64,000 bases of DNA from an uncultured Christensenella sp. (GCA_964478025.1 CAYZGK010000002.1:22727-86726), one strand, 5' to 3'; counted from the stretch's first letter, positions 27,608 to 37,455 are shown. Notes: generated by a model from the sequence alone, not told the origin. Made by a program: numbers and translations.

Positions 27608-30529
27608 CTATTGTTGAGATTCTTTTTTCTTTAACTTTTTTGCCCTTATATCTAAAGCTATAAATACAATACCTGCTATTATTATAATACCTGGAATTAT
27701 AGTTGCCATGTACCAAATCTTAGAATAGTCTATATCATTTTTGGTTTCACCAAGTTTAGATACAGCAATGTAATCAAAGTTAATTGGAGTTTCGCTATCT
27801 GAAATTATCTTTATTGTATGATCTCCATCACTAAGGTCTTTACTAAATACAAGTTGAGCACACTCTATCTTGTCGCTATAGAAAGATATTGTTTCAACTT
27901 CTTTATCATCTATATAAACTGTAGCTGATCCAAATTCTGGTCCATTTACCGCATAAAGCGCAACTCTATTTCCGTTAAATGAGTATGAGAATGTTGCTCC
28001 CTCAGCTTTTGAAACGACAAGCGTTCCATTTATTCCAATGTATGAATAGTCTGTATACCACTCACCTATAAATTCTATCTCGGTACTTGAAGATGGGATT
28101 ATAGACATCTTTTCTAACTTATAAGATATCCTAATATTATCTACACATACCTTATAGTCCTTCTCCCCTCTAAAATAGAACATTATAAGCGATGCTCTAA
28201 TTTCTTTACCCTCAATTATATTCTCACCATTTTTTAGCGTTATAGTTTCGCCATACTTAAGTCCACTATCATACATAACATACATGCTAACGCCTTCCAT
28301 AGACTCAACATCTATATTTATGTAATTTATTCTGCTAGTATCATTAAGTGTAACTTTTAATATTGTATCTTTATTTGAGGTACCATCAACGCTATCTTTA
28401 AAGCTATATTCATTGTCATTAATTTTCATACTTGAAACAACAACATCATTATAAGTTTCGCCTTGAGTTGTAAGTGTCTCTACTTCCTTTTGAGGAACTG
28501 AAAATTCTACTATTTGACTTCTACTTAATTTTGGATATATTAGATAATCAACACCTATATCTTCAATATTTTCCCAATCATCCATTTTAATTCCAAGAGA
28601 AGCATATCCTACACCCTTGTTTGCAAGATTATAAATTGTAAAATAGTATGTATAACCTGTCTGCAACTTTACTCTATAAGAAAGTTCTGATGTATATGCA
28701 GGCACTGTTAAAATATTACTTAAGATAGTTGTATAGTATTCCTTAACACCAAAATCTACAGAACATAGTCCCGCGCTCTTTAAATAAATCGTATAATAAC
28801 CATCCTTAGGCACTTCTATACAACCATTTGTTACCACAAAGCTCTTTTTTGTATCATCAATAGTATCTTCTTTCTCAACTTGAGCATAAAGGATGGACTC
28901 GCTTTTTGTTGGAGTAGAATCTTTATAATGCTTGGTTGCATCCTCAAGTGATGTAAAAGACACATCTTCATAAATTATCGTCGAGCAAACTGCAATATCT
29001 ACAGTTATATTGTTTTTTAAATAAACTTCACTATCTCCATTTTTTAATACTAATGTGAAATTATCTTGTAAGTTCTTAGAATCTGGAGTATATGAATAAA
29101 CTCCATTAGAAACCTTATTCCAAAGACCTGCAGTTCCCTTTAAATCAGAAACTTCCCAGCCATCTCCTACTATGCTTTCATTAAAATTAAACGTTGTGGT
29201 TTCACCTATCTCAACATGAAGTCCAGTTTGATTTTCAAATAAAGTTCCACCTGATACTAAACTTGATGAAACTAAATAAAATTTGTTTAAGGTGTTATCT
29301 GACACTGTATAAGAAATATCATAAGCTGAGGCTAAAGATGTAAAATCAGTATTTAAAATTCTTGTAGCTTCATTTAAAACTTCACTTAAATCTAAACAGG
29401 TTTTGCTTGCTCCTAAACAAGAGTATGTTTGTTCTTCTCCAAAACCATAATAAATATTCATAAATAATGACACATTTTTATCACTATAAGTTTTATCAAT
29501 AGCATCTTTAACAATGTTTTCTACATGTAAAATTTTGTTAGCATCAATATCTAAAGATAAATATGAATCAACCATACTAGCATATGTTAAAGAAGAAACT
29601 ATACTAGATATAGAATCTTTTAAAATAGAGTTTTCAAAACATTGCGTCTTTTCTTCTTTTTCTTGAACAATAACTTTTAAAACTTCTAAGATTGTGCCAT
29701 TATTTCCAGATATTAAATTGTCATAATTTACAGCCTCTTCAATATAAGATACAGGCAAATAAATTTTATTTTCTTCCACATCATAGCTTGGATTTAATAC
29801 AAGGTCTTTAAAGTATATCTTTAATGGCGAATTATCATTATTAAAAAACGACAAATTAAATAATTTATCCATTGAAACAAGTGCCATTCTCCACCAAAGC
29901 ATTGTATTTGAAACGTCATTTATTTTCTCGTTATATGTTATAGGGAAATATAATCTAACATTAGTAGCATCTAAAACAGTATACTCTCCAACGCTATTTA
30001 TACTTTCCTTGCTATCTATTCCATATCTATAAAAAGAGCTTTCAACCGCTCCTTCAATTGTTATACAAAAACTAGTTGACACACTTTCTGACACAAAAAG
30101 CTCTATCTCACCGCCATAATTTGATGTTCTTTCAATTTCAGTTGTTACATCATTTAAACTAACCGAGAATGGTAAAACACCAGATGAGGAAAACATATTA
30201 TCATTACCTAAAATTTTATGACCCTTTCCTACTTGATTTGCATCAATAGTAACTTTTATTGTTTCCCCTTTTGGAATATATAAACCAAGTGAGTGCACTC
30301 CCGTTATTCTATTATCTACAATTATTTTTTTCGTAACACGAGGCACATTTGCATATTCAATTGCATCACTTGGTGCATCACTGCTTGACACAATAGAAAA
30401 CGAATCGCCATATATTGAATCAATCGAATCGTTATAATCAAGCGACTGCTCAACTGAACAAGAAGCCATAATTGTAGCAAATGCTACAACTAGTAAAACA
30501 ATTAAACTTACCATAATTCGCTTCTTCAT
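27608..30529 (-). CDS. large surface lipoprotein with a C-terminal TM anchor (function unknown)
   Basis: 973 aa. The lipobox is ...TIMASC and the C-terminal helix is IIPGIIIIAGIVFIAL followed by a K-rich tail. The N-terminal region is faintly reminiscent of M60-like or enhancin N-domains, but I see no HExxH motif. Confidence 0.6.
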   Translation of the reverse strand: MKKRIMVSLIVLLVVAFATIMASCSVEQSLDYNDSIDSIYGDSFSIVSSSDAPSDAIEYANVPRVTKKIIVDNRITGVHSLGLYIPKGETIKVTIDANQVGKGHKILGNDNMFSSSGVLPFSVSLNDVTTEIERTSNYGGEIELFVSESVSTSFCITIEGAVESSFYRYGIDSKESINSVGEYTVLDATNVRLYFPITYNEKINDVSNTMLWWRMALVSMDKLFNLSFFNNDNSPLKIYFKDLVLNPSYDVEENKIYLPVSYIEEAVNYDNLISGNNGTILEVLKVIVQEKEEKTQCFENSILKDSISSIVSSLTYASMVDSYLSLDIDANKILHVENIVKDAIDKTYSDKNVSLFMNIYYGFGEEQTYSCLGASKTCLDLSEVLNEATRILNTDFTSLASAYDISYTVSDNTLNKFYLVSSSLVSGGTLFENQTGLHVEIGETTTFNFNESIVGDGWEVSDLKGTAGLWNKVSNGVYSYTPDSKNLQDNFTLVLKNGDSEVYLKNNITVDIAVCSTIIYEDVSFTSLEDATKHYKDSTPTKSESILYAQVEKEDTIDDTKKSFVVTNGCIEVPKDGYYTIYLKSAGLCSVDFGVKEYYTTILSNILTVPAYTSELSYRVKLQTGYTYYFTIYNLANKGVGYASLGIKMDDWENIEDIGVDYLIYPKLSRSQIVEFSVPQKEVETLTTQGETYNDVVVSSMKINDNEYSFKDSVDGTSNKDTILKVTLNDTSRINYINIDVESMEGVSMYVMYDSGLKYGETITLKNGENIIEGKEIRASLIMFYFRGEKDYKVCVDNIRISYKLEKMSIIPSSSTEIEFIGEWYTDYSYIGINGTLVVSKAEGATFSYSFNGNRVALYAVNGPEFGSATVYIDDKEVETISFYSDKIECAQLVFSKDLSDGDHTIKIISDSETPINFDYIAVSKLGETKNDIDYSKIWYMATIIPGIIIIAGIVFIALDIRAKKLKKKESQQ

Positions 30530-30559
30530 AGTGCTTATTATAACATATATAAAATAAAA

Positions 30560-30593
30560 AATAAAAAATCCTAGTCAATTTCTTGGCTAGGAT
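30560..30593 (-). terminator. hpf terminator
   Basis: The stem pairs ATCCTAG (30568-30574) with CTAGGAT (30587-30593). A T-run follows on the minus strand. Confidence 0.65.
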
Positions 30594-30614
30594 CCAAATA
30601 TTTTTTTTTAGATT

Positions 30615-31151
30615 TTAGTAAACTAGTTCAATTCTACCTACTTCACCATCTTCTCTATTATAAACAATACTTACCATTCCTGATGCTTCATCCATGTAAA
30701 CATAGAAATCGTGATCAGTCATTGCCATCTTTTCAATTGCCTCTTTTGTTGAAATAGAATTTAGATGTATTGTTTTAGTTCTAACTAGTTGTTTTTCCTC
30801 TGGAATAGTTGAAGCATATAATGCAGATTCATCAAAAGCTTCTTTCTTTAATTTGTCTAGTTGTGTCTTATACTTTCTAATTTGACCTTCAAGTTTAGGT
30901 AAAGCCAAATCTATATTTTTGTACATGTTATCCGAAATAACTTCACTTCTAACAAAATTACTTCCGAAGAAAATGGTTATTTCCATTCCATACTTTACAG
31001 TCTTAGTACCTTCTTTGCCAATTTGCTTTAAAGATACCTTTACACTAGGTTCATCTTCAAAATATCTATCTAGTTTGGATAGTTTATCTTTAATGATGCC
31101 ATCTAGCTTTTCCCCTTTTTTGTAACTTTTTGAAATAATTTCTATACGCAT
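30615..31151 (-). CDS. hpf: ribosome hibernation promoting factor (long HPF)
   Basis: 178 aa. The N-terminal RaiA/HPF fold sequence (MRIEI....Y) is followed by a C-terminal dimerisation domain (KTIHLNSISTKEAIEKMAMTDHDFYVY). Confidence 0.9.
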   Translation of the reverse strand: MRIEIISKSYKKGEKLDGIIKDKLSKLDRYFEDEPSVKVSLKQIGKEGTKTVKYGMEITIFFGSNFVRSEVISDNMYKNIDLALPKLEGQIRKYKTQLDKLKKEAFDESALYASTIPEEKQLVRTKTIHLNSISTKEAIEKMAMTDHDFYVYMDEASGMVSIVYNREDGEVGRIELVY

Positions 31152-31189
31152 AATAGTTTCCTCCTATAGTTTATTTCTAACTCAACTAG

Positions 31190-31198
31190 ATTATATCA
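31190..31198 (-). promoter_or_regulatory. extended -10 element of the hpf promoter
   Basis: The minus strand reads TGATATAAT, a perfect TGnTATAAT, about 40 nt upstream of the hpf ATG. Confidence 0.55.
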
Positions 31199-31204
31199 TT
31201 TTTA

Positions 31205-31245
31205 GGTACCTATTAAAAGATGCAAAATCAACTTTAATAGGCACC
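31205..31245 (-). other. 13-bp stem-loop directly after the clpC stop, with no U-tract
   Basis: The minus-strand RNA pairs GGUGCCUAUUAAA with UUUAAUAGGUACC (one G-U pair) around a 15-nt loop. AAAAAUG follows rather than a run of U. Confidence 0.5.
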
Positions 31246-31254
31246 CTTATTTTA

Positions 31255-33819
31255 TTATTCGCTCTTGTTATCTGAAGGAGCATCGCCACTAGATTCTTCT
31301 TTCTTTACTTCCTTTTTTGCAAAGGTTAAAGCGCCATCTTTTGCGTCAACAACAACTGTATCACCAAGACCAAACTCATTCTTTAACATCTTTGTTGCAA
31401 GTTCATCCTCAACCATAGATTGAAGTGCTCTCTTTAAAGGTCTTGCACCATATTCTGAGTTAAAGCCTTTTTCAATAATAACATCGTATGCTGCATCTGT
31501 TATCTCAACAGTTAAGTTACGTTCTTTTAATCTATTGATTAAGTTATTACCCATCAATTTAGCAATACTATTCATATCAGCCTTTTCAAATGATCTAAAT
31601 ACGATAATATCGTCAATTCTGTTAATAAACTCTGGCTTTAGAGTTCTCTTTAGAGCATCCATTTCTCTTTCCTTCATTTCCTCGTAGCTAATTGTAGATT
31701 TAGCATCACCGAAGCCTAAAGAACCTTTCTTAATTTCTCCAGCACCAATATTTGATGTCAAGATAATAATAGTATTCTTAAAGTTTATAGTTCTACCATG
31801 AGAGTCTGTTAATCTACCATCATCTAGTATTTGAAGTAAGATATTAAATACATCAGGATGAGCCTTTTCAATTTCATCAAATAGTACAACTGAATATGGA
31901 TTTCTTCTTACCTTTTCAGTAAGTTGTCCACCCTCATCATAGCCTACATAACCTGGAGCTGAACCAATTAGTTTAGAAACGTTTGCAGCATCCATATATT
32001 CTGACATATCTATTCTTATGATAGAGTTTTCATCACCAAACATTGCTTCTGCTAATGCTTTTGAAAGTTCTGTCTTACCAACACCTGTAGGTCCTAAGAA
32101 TATAAATGTACCAATAGGTCTCTTTGGATCCTTAATACCTACTCTTGCACGTCTTACAGCTTTAGCAACTGCAGTAACAGCTTCGTCTTGTCCAACAACT
32201 CTCTTTCTCAATACATTCTCCAAATTTAGTAATACATCGGCTTCTGATTGAGTCAACTTAACTACTGGAACTTTCGTCCATGCAGAAACAACTTTAGCAA
32301 TATCTTCTTCAGTTAAAACTAGATCTTCATTACTCTTAGAGGTCTTCCATTTAGCCTTTAGATTATTGTATTCTTGTTGCATTTTCTTACGTTCATTTTC
32401 AAGTTGATCAGCCTTAGCGAAATCTCTACGGCTAACAGCACCATTAATATCTAGTGAAATCTTAGCAATCTTATCTTCATATTCACTAATATCCTTTGGC
32501 ATTACTGAAGCACCAACGTGTTTAGCAGCTGCAGCCTCATCAATTAAGTCAAGAGCTTTATCTGGTAAGAATCTATCTGTTATATATCTATCTGATAAGT
32601 TAACAGCAGCCTTTAAAGCCTCATCTGTAATTTTTACTTTATGGTGATCTTCATATTTCTTTCTAACACCTTTTAAGATACATAAAGCATCTTCTGTTGA
32701 TGGTGGATCTACCATAATTGGTTGGAATCTTCTTTCAAGTGCTGGGTCCTTTTCAATAAACTTTCTATATTCTGTAATTGTTGTAGCACCAATAGTTTGA
32801 ATTTCACCTCTTGCTAATTGTGGCTTTAACATATTAGCAGCATCCATAGAACCGCCTTCTGATTCACCTGCACCTACTATCATATGAATCTCATCAATAA
32901 ATAAGATTACATTTGGATTTTGTTTTAAAGCATCAAGCATTTTCTTGATTCTCTCTTCAAACTCACCTCTATACTTTGTACCAGCAAGCATACTAGTTAA
33001 ATCAAGTGAGAATATAGTCTTATCCTTTAACATTTCAGGAACATCGCCTGCAACAATTGCTTGAGCAAGTCCATCAACGATAGCACTCTTACCTACACCT
33101 GGTTCACCAATTAGTACTGGGTTATTTTTAGTCTTTCTTGATAGAGTTTGAATAATTCTATCTGTCTCATTCTTTCTACCAATAACAGGGTCTAGCTTAC
33201 CTTCACGAGCTTTTCTTGTTAAATCAACACCAAACTTTTCTAGTCCTTTTAAAGAACTATCATTATTCTTACTATCAGTATCACCAAAAGAAGAATCTTG
33301 GTCATCAACTGGTTCATTAAATATTTGACTTAAGATATCCTCATTATTATCGTCATCATCAAGGTTACCAAACAAACCCATTAATTCATCCTCAAGCGAT
33401 TTATTTTCTGGTGAAAATTTACTAGCAAGTGATGAATATACAGCATTTAGGTTAGTTCCTAACTGTATAAGTGCTTTTACACCATAAGAGCTTGTATCTT
33501 TCAAAATTTCAAATAATAACAAATCTGAGTATAGGTATTCAGCTTTTAAAGATATTGCTCTTTTACATGCAGCTTGCAATGCTTGTTGTACTCTTGCAGA
33601 AGCCTTATAGCTTTCACTTGCATGATCCATATTAATAGATATTGATTGATATTCCTTTGGATTTACACCAAAGTTTCTTAATAATTGGCCACCTTTTGAC
33701 TCTTCAGTGTTAAGCATCGCACTAATAACTTGCTCTGTTCCCATTAAGCCGCCAGATTTTCTAGCTAATTCTTGCGCATTTAATATTACTTTTTGTAATT
33801 CTTTACTGTATCCGTTCAT
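31255..33819 (-). CDS. clpC: ATP-dependent Clp protease ATP-binding subunit ClpC
   Basis: 854 aa with a Clp_N domain, two AAA+ modules (GEPGVGKS and GPTGVGKT) and a UVR-like middle domain. It is the last gene of the ctsR operon. Confidence 0.95.
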   Translation of the reverse strand: MNGYSKELQKVILNAQELARKSGGLMGTEQVISAMLNTEESKGGQLLRNFGVNPKEYQSISINMDHASESYKASARVQQALQAACKRAISLKAEYLYSDLLLFEILKDTSSYGVKALIQLGTNLNAVYSSLASKFSPENKSLEDELMGLFGNLDDDDNNEDILSQIFNEPVDDQDSSFGDTDSKNNDSSLKGLEKFGVDLTRKAREGKLDPVIGRKNETDRIIQTLSRKTKNNPVLIGEPGVGKSAIVDGLAQAIVAGDVPEMLKDKTIFSLDLTSMLAGTKYRGEFEERIKKMLDALKQNPNVILFIDEIHMIVGAGESEGGSMDAANMLKPQLARGEIQTIGATTITEYRKFIEKDPALERRFQPIMVDPPSTEDALCILKGVRKKYEDHHKVKITDEALKAAVNLSDRYITDRFLPDKALDLIDEAAAAKHVGASVMPKDISEYEDKIAKISLDINGAVSRRDFAKADQLENERKKMQQEYNNLKAKWKTSKSNEDLVLTEEDIAKVVSAWTKVPVVKLTQSEADVLLNLENVLRKRVVGQDEAVTAVAKAVRRARVGIKDPKRPIGTFIFLGPTGVGKTELSKALAEAMFGDENSIIRIDMSEYMDAANVSKLIGSAPGYVGYDEGGQLTEKVRRNPYSVVLFDEIEKAHPDVFNILLQILDDGRLTDSHGRTINFKNTIIILTSNIGAGEIKKGSLGFGDAKSTISYEEMKEREMDALKRTLKPEFINRIDDIIVFRSFEKADMNSIAKLMGNNLINRLKERNLTVEITDAAYDVIIEKGFNSEYGARPLKRALQSMVEDELATKMLKNEFGLGDTVVVDAKDGALTFAKKEVKKEESSGDAPSDNKSE

Positions 33820-33832
33820 AGTTCTTTACCTC

Positions 33833-34831
33833 CTATTTTAATCCATTCTTGATAACACTAGCCCTATCTATATCTCTAGTTAGTGGATCAAGTTCTTTTT
33901 TTGCTATGTAACATAACATACCCGGTTGTATAAGTACAATTAATCTGTTTAATGTATCTATATCCTCTTCTATATATCCTAAGGCTACACCTAATTTAAC
34001 CATTGCTAAATTTTGCATTGCCTCCTTTGATGAAATCTTTACGCAATATTTTAATATTCCATAAGAAATCATTATTTCATTTTTTAGTTCAAAGTTTTGT
34101 TCATTTTTTAATCTTTCTCTTGCCTTATCTTCAGCTTTGCAAATACTTTCAACAACAATTTTTACCTTCTTTATAATTTCGTCTTCGCTAAGTGCTACTG
34201 CTGCCTGATTAGATACTTGATATATATAACCATCTGCATTTGAGCCTTCGCCGTATAAGCCTCTAATTGTCATTCCAGCTTGTTTGCATTGAAGTATTAC
34301 ATTTTCTATAGTTCCAAGTCTTGATAGTCCTGGTAAGAATAACATTACAGATGCTCTCATAGCACTTCCAAGATTTGTTGGGCAAGCAGTTAAATATCCT
34401 AATTTTTCATCATAAGCTATATCCAAATTATTCTTTAACGCTTTGTCTACTTTAGCAGCTGTATTGTAGGCAGCTTCAAGATTAAATCCATTTACTATAC
34501 TTTGAACACGAATATGATCTTCCTCATTTACCATAATAGAAACATCTTCTGATTTATTGATAAAAGCCCATCCATATTCAGATTCTTTTAAATCCTTACT
34601 AATTAAATGTCTTTCAACTAAAGCGTTTGCTATTATGTTGTTGATAGAATTCATTTGAAAACTATCATACTGTGAACCAAAAACTTCTTTACAAGATTTT
34701 TCTACTCCACGAACAAGTACGCTATATATTTCTTCCTGGTTAGAAAGTCTATTAGGAAATGGTAGGTTATTAATATTTCTAGCTAATCTTATACGTGTAG
34801 ATATAACTGTATTTTTATATTGATTATCCAT
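33833..34831 (-). CDS. mcsB: protein arginine kinase McsB
   Basis: 332 aa. The guanidino kinase motif CPTNLGSAMRASV and the operon context support the call. Confidence 0.9.
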   Translation of the reverse strand: MDNQYKNTVISTRIRLARNINNLPFPNRLSNQEEIYSVLVRGVEKSCKEVFGSQYDSFQMNSINNIIANALVERHLISKDLKESEYGWAFINKSEDVSIMVNEEDHIRVQSIVNGFNLEAAYNTAAKVDKALKNNLDIAYDEKLGYLTACPTNLGSAMRASVMLFLPGLSRLGTIENVILQCKQAGMTIRGLYGEGSNADGYIYQVSNQAAVALSEDEIIKKVKIVVESICKAEDKARERLKNEQNFELKNEIMISYGILKYCVKISSKEAMQNLAMVKLGVALGYIEEDIDTLNRLIVLIQPGMLCYIAKKELDPLTRDIDRASVIKNGLK

Positions 34832-34840
34832 AACGCCCTC

Positions 34841-35368
34841 CTATTTATTTATCTTGCTTTTTAGCTCTTGGATCTTTTTATCATAAGTTCCAGCAAGTGC
34901 ATATTGTCTGTTGTTTACAGCTTCATTTAATTTTGCTTCTAGCTCTTTAATTTGGTCTTCAATAGATGGTGGAGTAACTCCATTTTTTATTATGTGCTCA
35001 GGAGCTTTACCTGCATAGGTCTTACCACCAAGCTCATTTACATATCTATCTACTACATTCTTAAATGTTTTATAACATTCAGAACAACCAAATCTTCCTG
35101 TATTTAAAATATCTTCTTCTGTACAACCACATTTACATCTTAATGTATATTTTGGTGCTTTTTCCTTTTCCACATAAGAATTGAAAAAGTCAGAAAATGG
35201 AGTAAAGTAATTGTCAAAGAATGAAGTTGAAAACATATTTTCAAATGCATTTTCATATTGGTAATTTGCATAACAATTTGCACATAGTGCTAACTTTTGA
35301 TCACCAATTTTTAAATTTGCTACTGCATATTCTTGATGACAACAATCACAAAGTTTCCTTTCACTCAT
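34841..35368 (-). CDS. mcsA: McsA (UvrB/UvrC motif-containing activator of McsB)
   Basis: 175 aa with N-terminal CxxC zinc-finger pairs and a C-terminal UVR-like helix. It lies between ctsR and mcsB. Confidence 0.85.
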   Translation of the reverse strand: MSERKLCDCCHQEYAVANLKIGDQKLALCANCYANYQYENAFENMFSTSFFDNYFTPFSDFFNSYVEKEKAPKYTLRCKCGCTEEDILNTGRFGCSECYKTFKNVVDRYVNELGGKTYAGKAPEHIIKNGVTPPSIEDQIKELEAKLNEAVNNRQYALAGTYDKKIQELKSKINK

Positions 35369-35371
35369 ATA

Positions 35372-35830
35372 CTACCTCCTCATTAATCCGAAGATTATTT
35401 CCTTAAAAATATTTTTTCTTAATCCATTTGCTTTTAGTGGAACCGCTAAAGCTTTATCTGATATTGCACTCTTAATTAGATTAGATTCCTTTTCATCAAT
35501 TACATCTTCTCTAACCAATCTTTCAAGAATGTTACAAGCTTTTTGATAAGTAAGTTCTGGAAGCTCATCAACCTCTTTTATTATTTGAGGCAATAATTCA
35601 TCAGGATTAGAAGAAAGTTTTATTATGGTTACATAACCGCCTCCACCTCTTCTTGATTCAATTACATAACCTTTATCTGTTCCAAATCTTGTTGTAAGTA
35701 CATAATTAATCTGGCTAGGAGCAACAGAGAAATAATTAGCTAAATCATTTCGAGATAGTTGAACTTGCTCGTCATCACCAAATATTGACTTTATGAACTC
35801 TTCTATAACATTTGATATATTAGATGCCAT
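35372..35830 (-). CDS. ctsR: class III stress gene repressor CtsR
   Basis: 152 aa. The N-terminus SNVIEEFIK......V.L.RN.LA..F...PSQINYV and the glycine-rich loop RRGGGGY are typical of CtsR. Confidence 0.9.
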   Translation of the reverse strand: MASNISNVIEEFIKSIFGDDEQVQLSRNDLANYFSVAPSQINYVLTTRFGTDKGYVIESRRGGGGYVTIIKLSSNPDELLPQIIKEVDELPELTYQKACNILERLVREDVIDEKESNLIKSAISDKALAVPLKANGLRKNIFKEIIFGLMRR

Positions 35831-35868
35831 TATTTATCACTCCTTTTTGTTTTATTAGCCTCTAAAAG

Positions 35869-35885
35869 TTTGACTTTCTTTGACT
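35869..35885 (-). promoter_or_regulatory. CtsR operator (tandem heptad)
   Basis: The minus strand reads AGTCAAA-GAA-AGTCAAA, matching the consensus (A/G)GTCAAA-NAN-(A/G)GTCAAA. It sits just downstream of the -10. Confidence 0.85.
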
Positions 35886-35893
35886 TTTAACTA

Positions 35894-35922
35894 ATTATAT
35901 TCACTAATTTTTGTAATGTCAA
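35894..35922 (-). promoter_or_regulatory. ctsR operon promoter
   Basis: Read on the minus strand: TTGACA (35922-35917), 17 nt, TATAAT (35899-35894). Both hexamers are perfect consensus. Confidence 0.8.
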
Positions 35923-35940
35923 TAGAAAATCTACAATAAT

Positions 35941-35969
35941 TTGAATATTTTTTTTCATGATAGTATAAT
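35941..35969 (+). promoter_or_regulatory. galU promoter
   Basis: TTGAAT (35941-35946), 17 nt, TATAAT (35964-35969). Confidence 0.65.
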
Positions 35970-36004
35970 GTGAGTTAGTAAAAAGTTTTAACGAGGTTTA
36001 TTTA

Positions 36005-36889
36005 ATGAATAAAATAACTAAGGCAGTTATACCTTGTGCTGGATTTGGAACACGTTTTTTACCAGCAACCAAGGCTATTCCAAAAGAAATGTTCCCAATA
36101 ATTGATATTCCATCACTTCAATTAATTTGCCAAGAATGCGTAGATAGTGGAATTACAGATATTTTACTTATAGTTTCTGTATCTAAAGATTGTATTAAAG
36201 AACATTTTTCAACAAATGAAAGACTAGAAGACTTACTTAAAAGCACAAATAAAACGGAACTATTAAACATGGTTCAATCTATAAACAAGATGGCAAACTT
36301 CCACTACACTATTCAATATGTAATGAATGGAACAGCAAATGCCGTATATCTTGCAAAAGATTTTGCAAATGGCGAACCTTTTGCTCTTTTATATGGCGAT
36401 GATTTAATGTATGTTGGAAATGGAACTCCTGTTACTAAACAATTAATTGATGCTTATGAAAAAACAGGAAAGTTAATTGTAGGTTGTCAAAGTATGCCAA
36501 GAGAAGAGGCTACAAAGTATGGAGTTGTAGATCCAGGTAAGGTGGATGGAAGATTAACTGAAATTAAAGGCTTTGTAGAAAAACCACCAATAGATAAACT
36601 ACCTTCTACTCTTGCCTCTTTAGGTAGATATATCTTAACTCCAGATATCTTTGAAGTAATTGAAAAAGAAAAAGATGATACTAAAAAAGAACAATATATA
36701 ACAGATAGCATATTAACTATTGCTAAAACAAAAGGTGCTTATGCTTATGATTTTGTTGGAAGACGTTATGATATAGGCGATAAAGAAGGTTTTATTGAAG
36801 CTACAATCGAATTTGGTTTAAGACATAAAGAAACAAAAGAAAAATTAAAAAAATATCTAAAAAATTTAGATATCGATAAAATAGATTAA
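36005..36889 (+). CDS. galU: UTP--glucose-1-phosphate uridylyltransferase
   Basis: 294 aa. The N-terminal signature is AVIPCAGFGTRFLPATKAIPKEMFPI. Confidence 0.93.
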   Translation: MNKITKAVIPCAGFGTRFLPATKAIPKEMFPIIDIPSLQLICQECVDSGITDILLIVSVSKDCIKEHFSTNERLEDLLKSTNKTELLNMVQSINKMANFHYTIQYVMNGTANAVYLAKDFANGEPFALLYGDDLMYVGNGTPVTKQLIDAYEKTGKLIVGCQSMPREEATKYGVVDPGKVDGRLTEIKGFVEKPPIDKLPSTLASLGRYILTPDIFEVIEKEKDDTKKEQYITDSILTIAKTKGAYAYDFVGRRYDIGDKEGFIEATIEFGLRHKETKEKLKKYLKNLDIDKID

Positions 36890-36895
36890 CAAATC

Positions 36896-36929
36896 ATATA
36901 GGAGACAAAAGCCTCCTATATTTTTTTTA
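36896..36929 (+). terminator. galU terminator
   Basis: A 9-bp stem pairs ATATAGGAG (36896-36904) with CTCCTATAT (36913-36921) and is followed by T8. Confidence 0.8.
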
Positions 36930-37296
36930 TTAAATTTTGCTGATTATATAGTTATATAATTTCTCTACAGACATTCCGCATTCATCTAAAAGCTTGTCTG
37001 CAATAAAATCTGAATGGAATTTCTTAGTTAAACCATAATTTTTAACCATCATGCTTGTATCTGAATAGTAAGATGCTATATTTTGGCCATAACCACCCAT
37101 TAATTCCCCATCTTCTATAGTCACAATAAGTTTATGATCCAATTTTAAGTTTTCAAGAAGTTTATAATCTAAACTAGATAATACAAGTGGATTTATAACA
37201 GTAATATCTAAACCTTTTTCATCCTTTAATTTCTTTGCAACACTAAGTGCTATATCCACCATTTTCCTACAGCAAAAATAGCAACATCTTTTCCCT
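36930..37296 (-). pseudogene. remnant of the C-terminal domain of a DXS/transketolase-family enzyme
   Basis: Only about 120 C-terminal residues remain: LKGKDVAIFAVGK, a frameshift, then MVDIALSVAKKLKDEKGLDITVINPL...IVTIEDGELMGGYG. The frame switches at the A4 run (T4 at 37262-37265 on plus). The N-terminal roughly 500 aa are absent. Confidence 0.7.
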
Positions 37297-37386
37297 TTAG
37301 TCAGTATTTCCTTTTTCAATATTTTCAATACCATGTGCCATATAGTTCTCACCTACATGAGAAAAATAAATTACTAAACTTTTCAT
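37297..37386 (-). pseudogene. 29-codon N-terminal stub of a flavodoxin-like gene
   Basis: A good RBS (AAAAGGAG) and ATG at 37386 give MKSLVIYFSHVGENYMAHGIENIEKGNTD followed by a stop. That is the typical start of a flavodoxin-family protein, joined directly to the DXS remnant. Confidence 0.6.
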
Positions 37387-37455
37387 ATACTATTTCTCCT
37401 TTTTTGGTAAATATTCAAGTTTACCCTCATCATATAATTTTATTTTTAAATTTAA

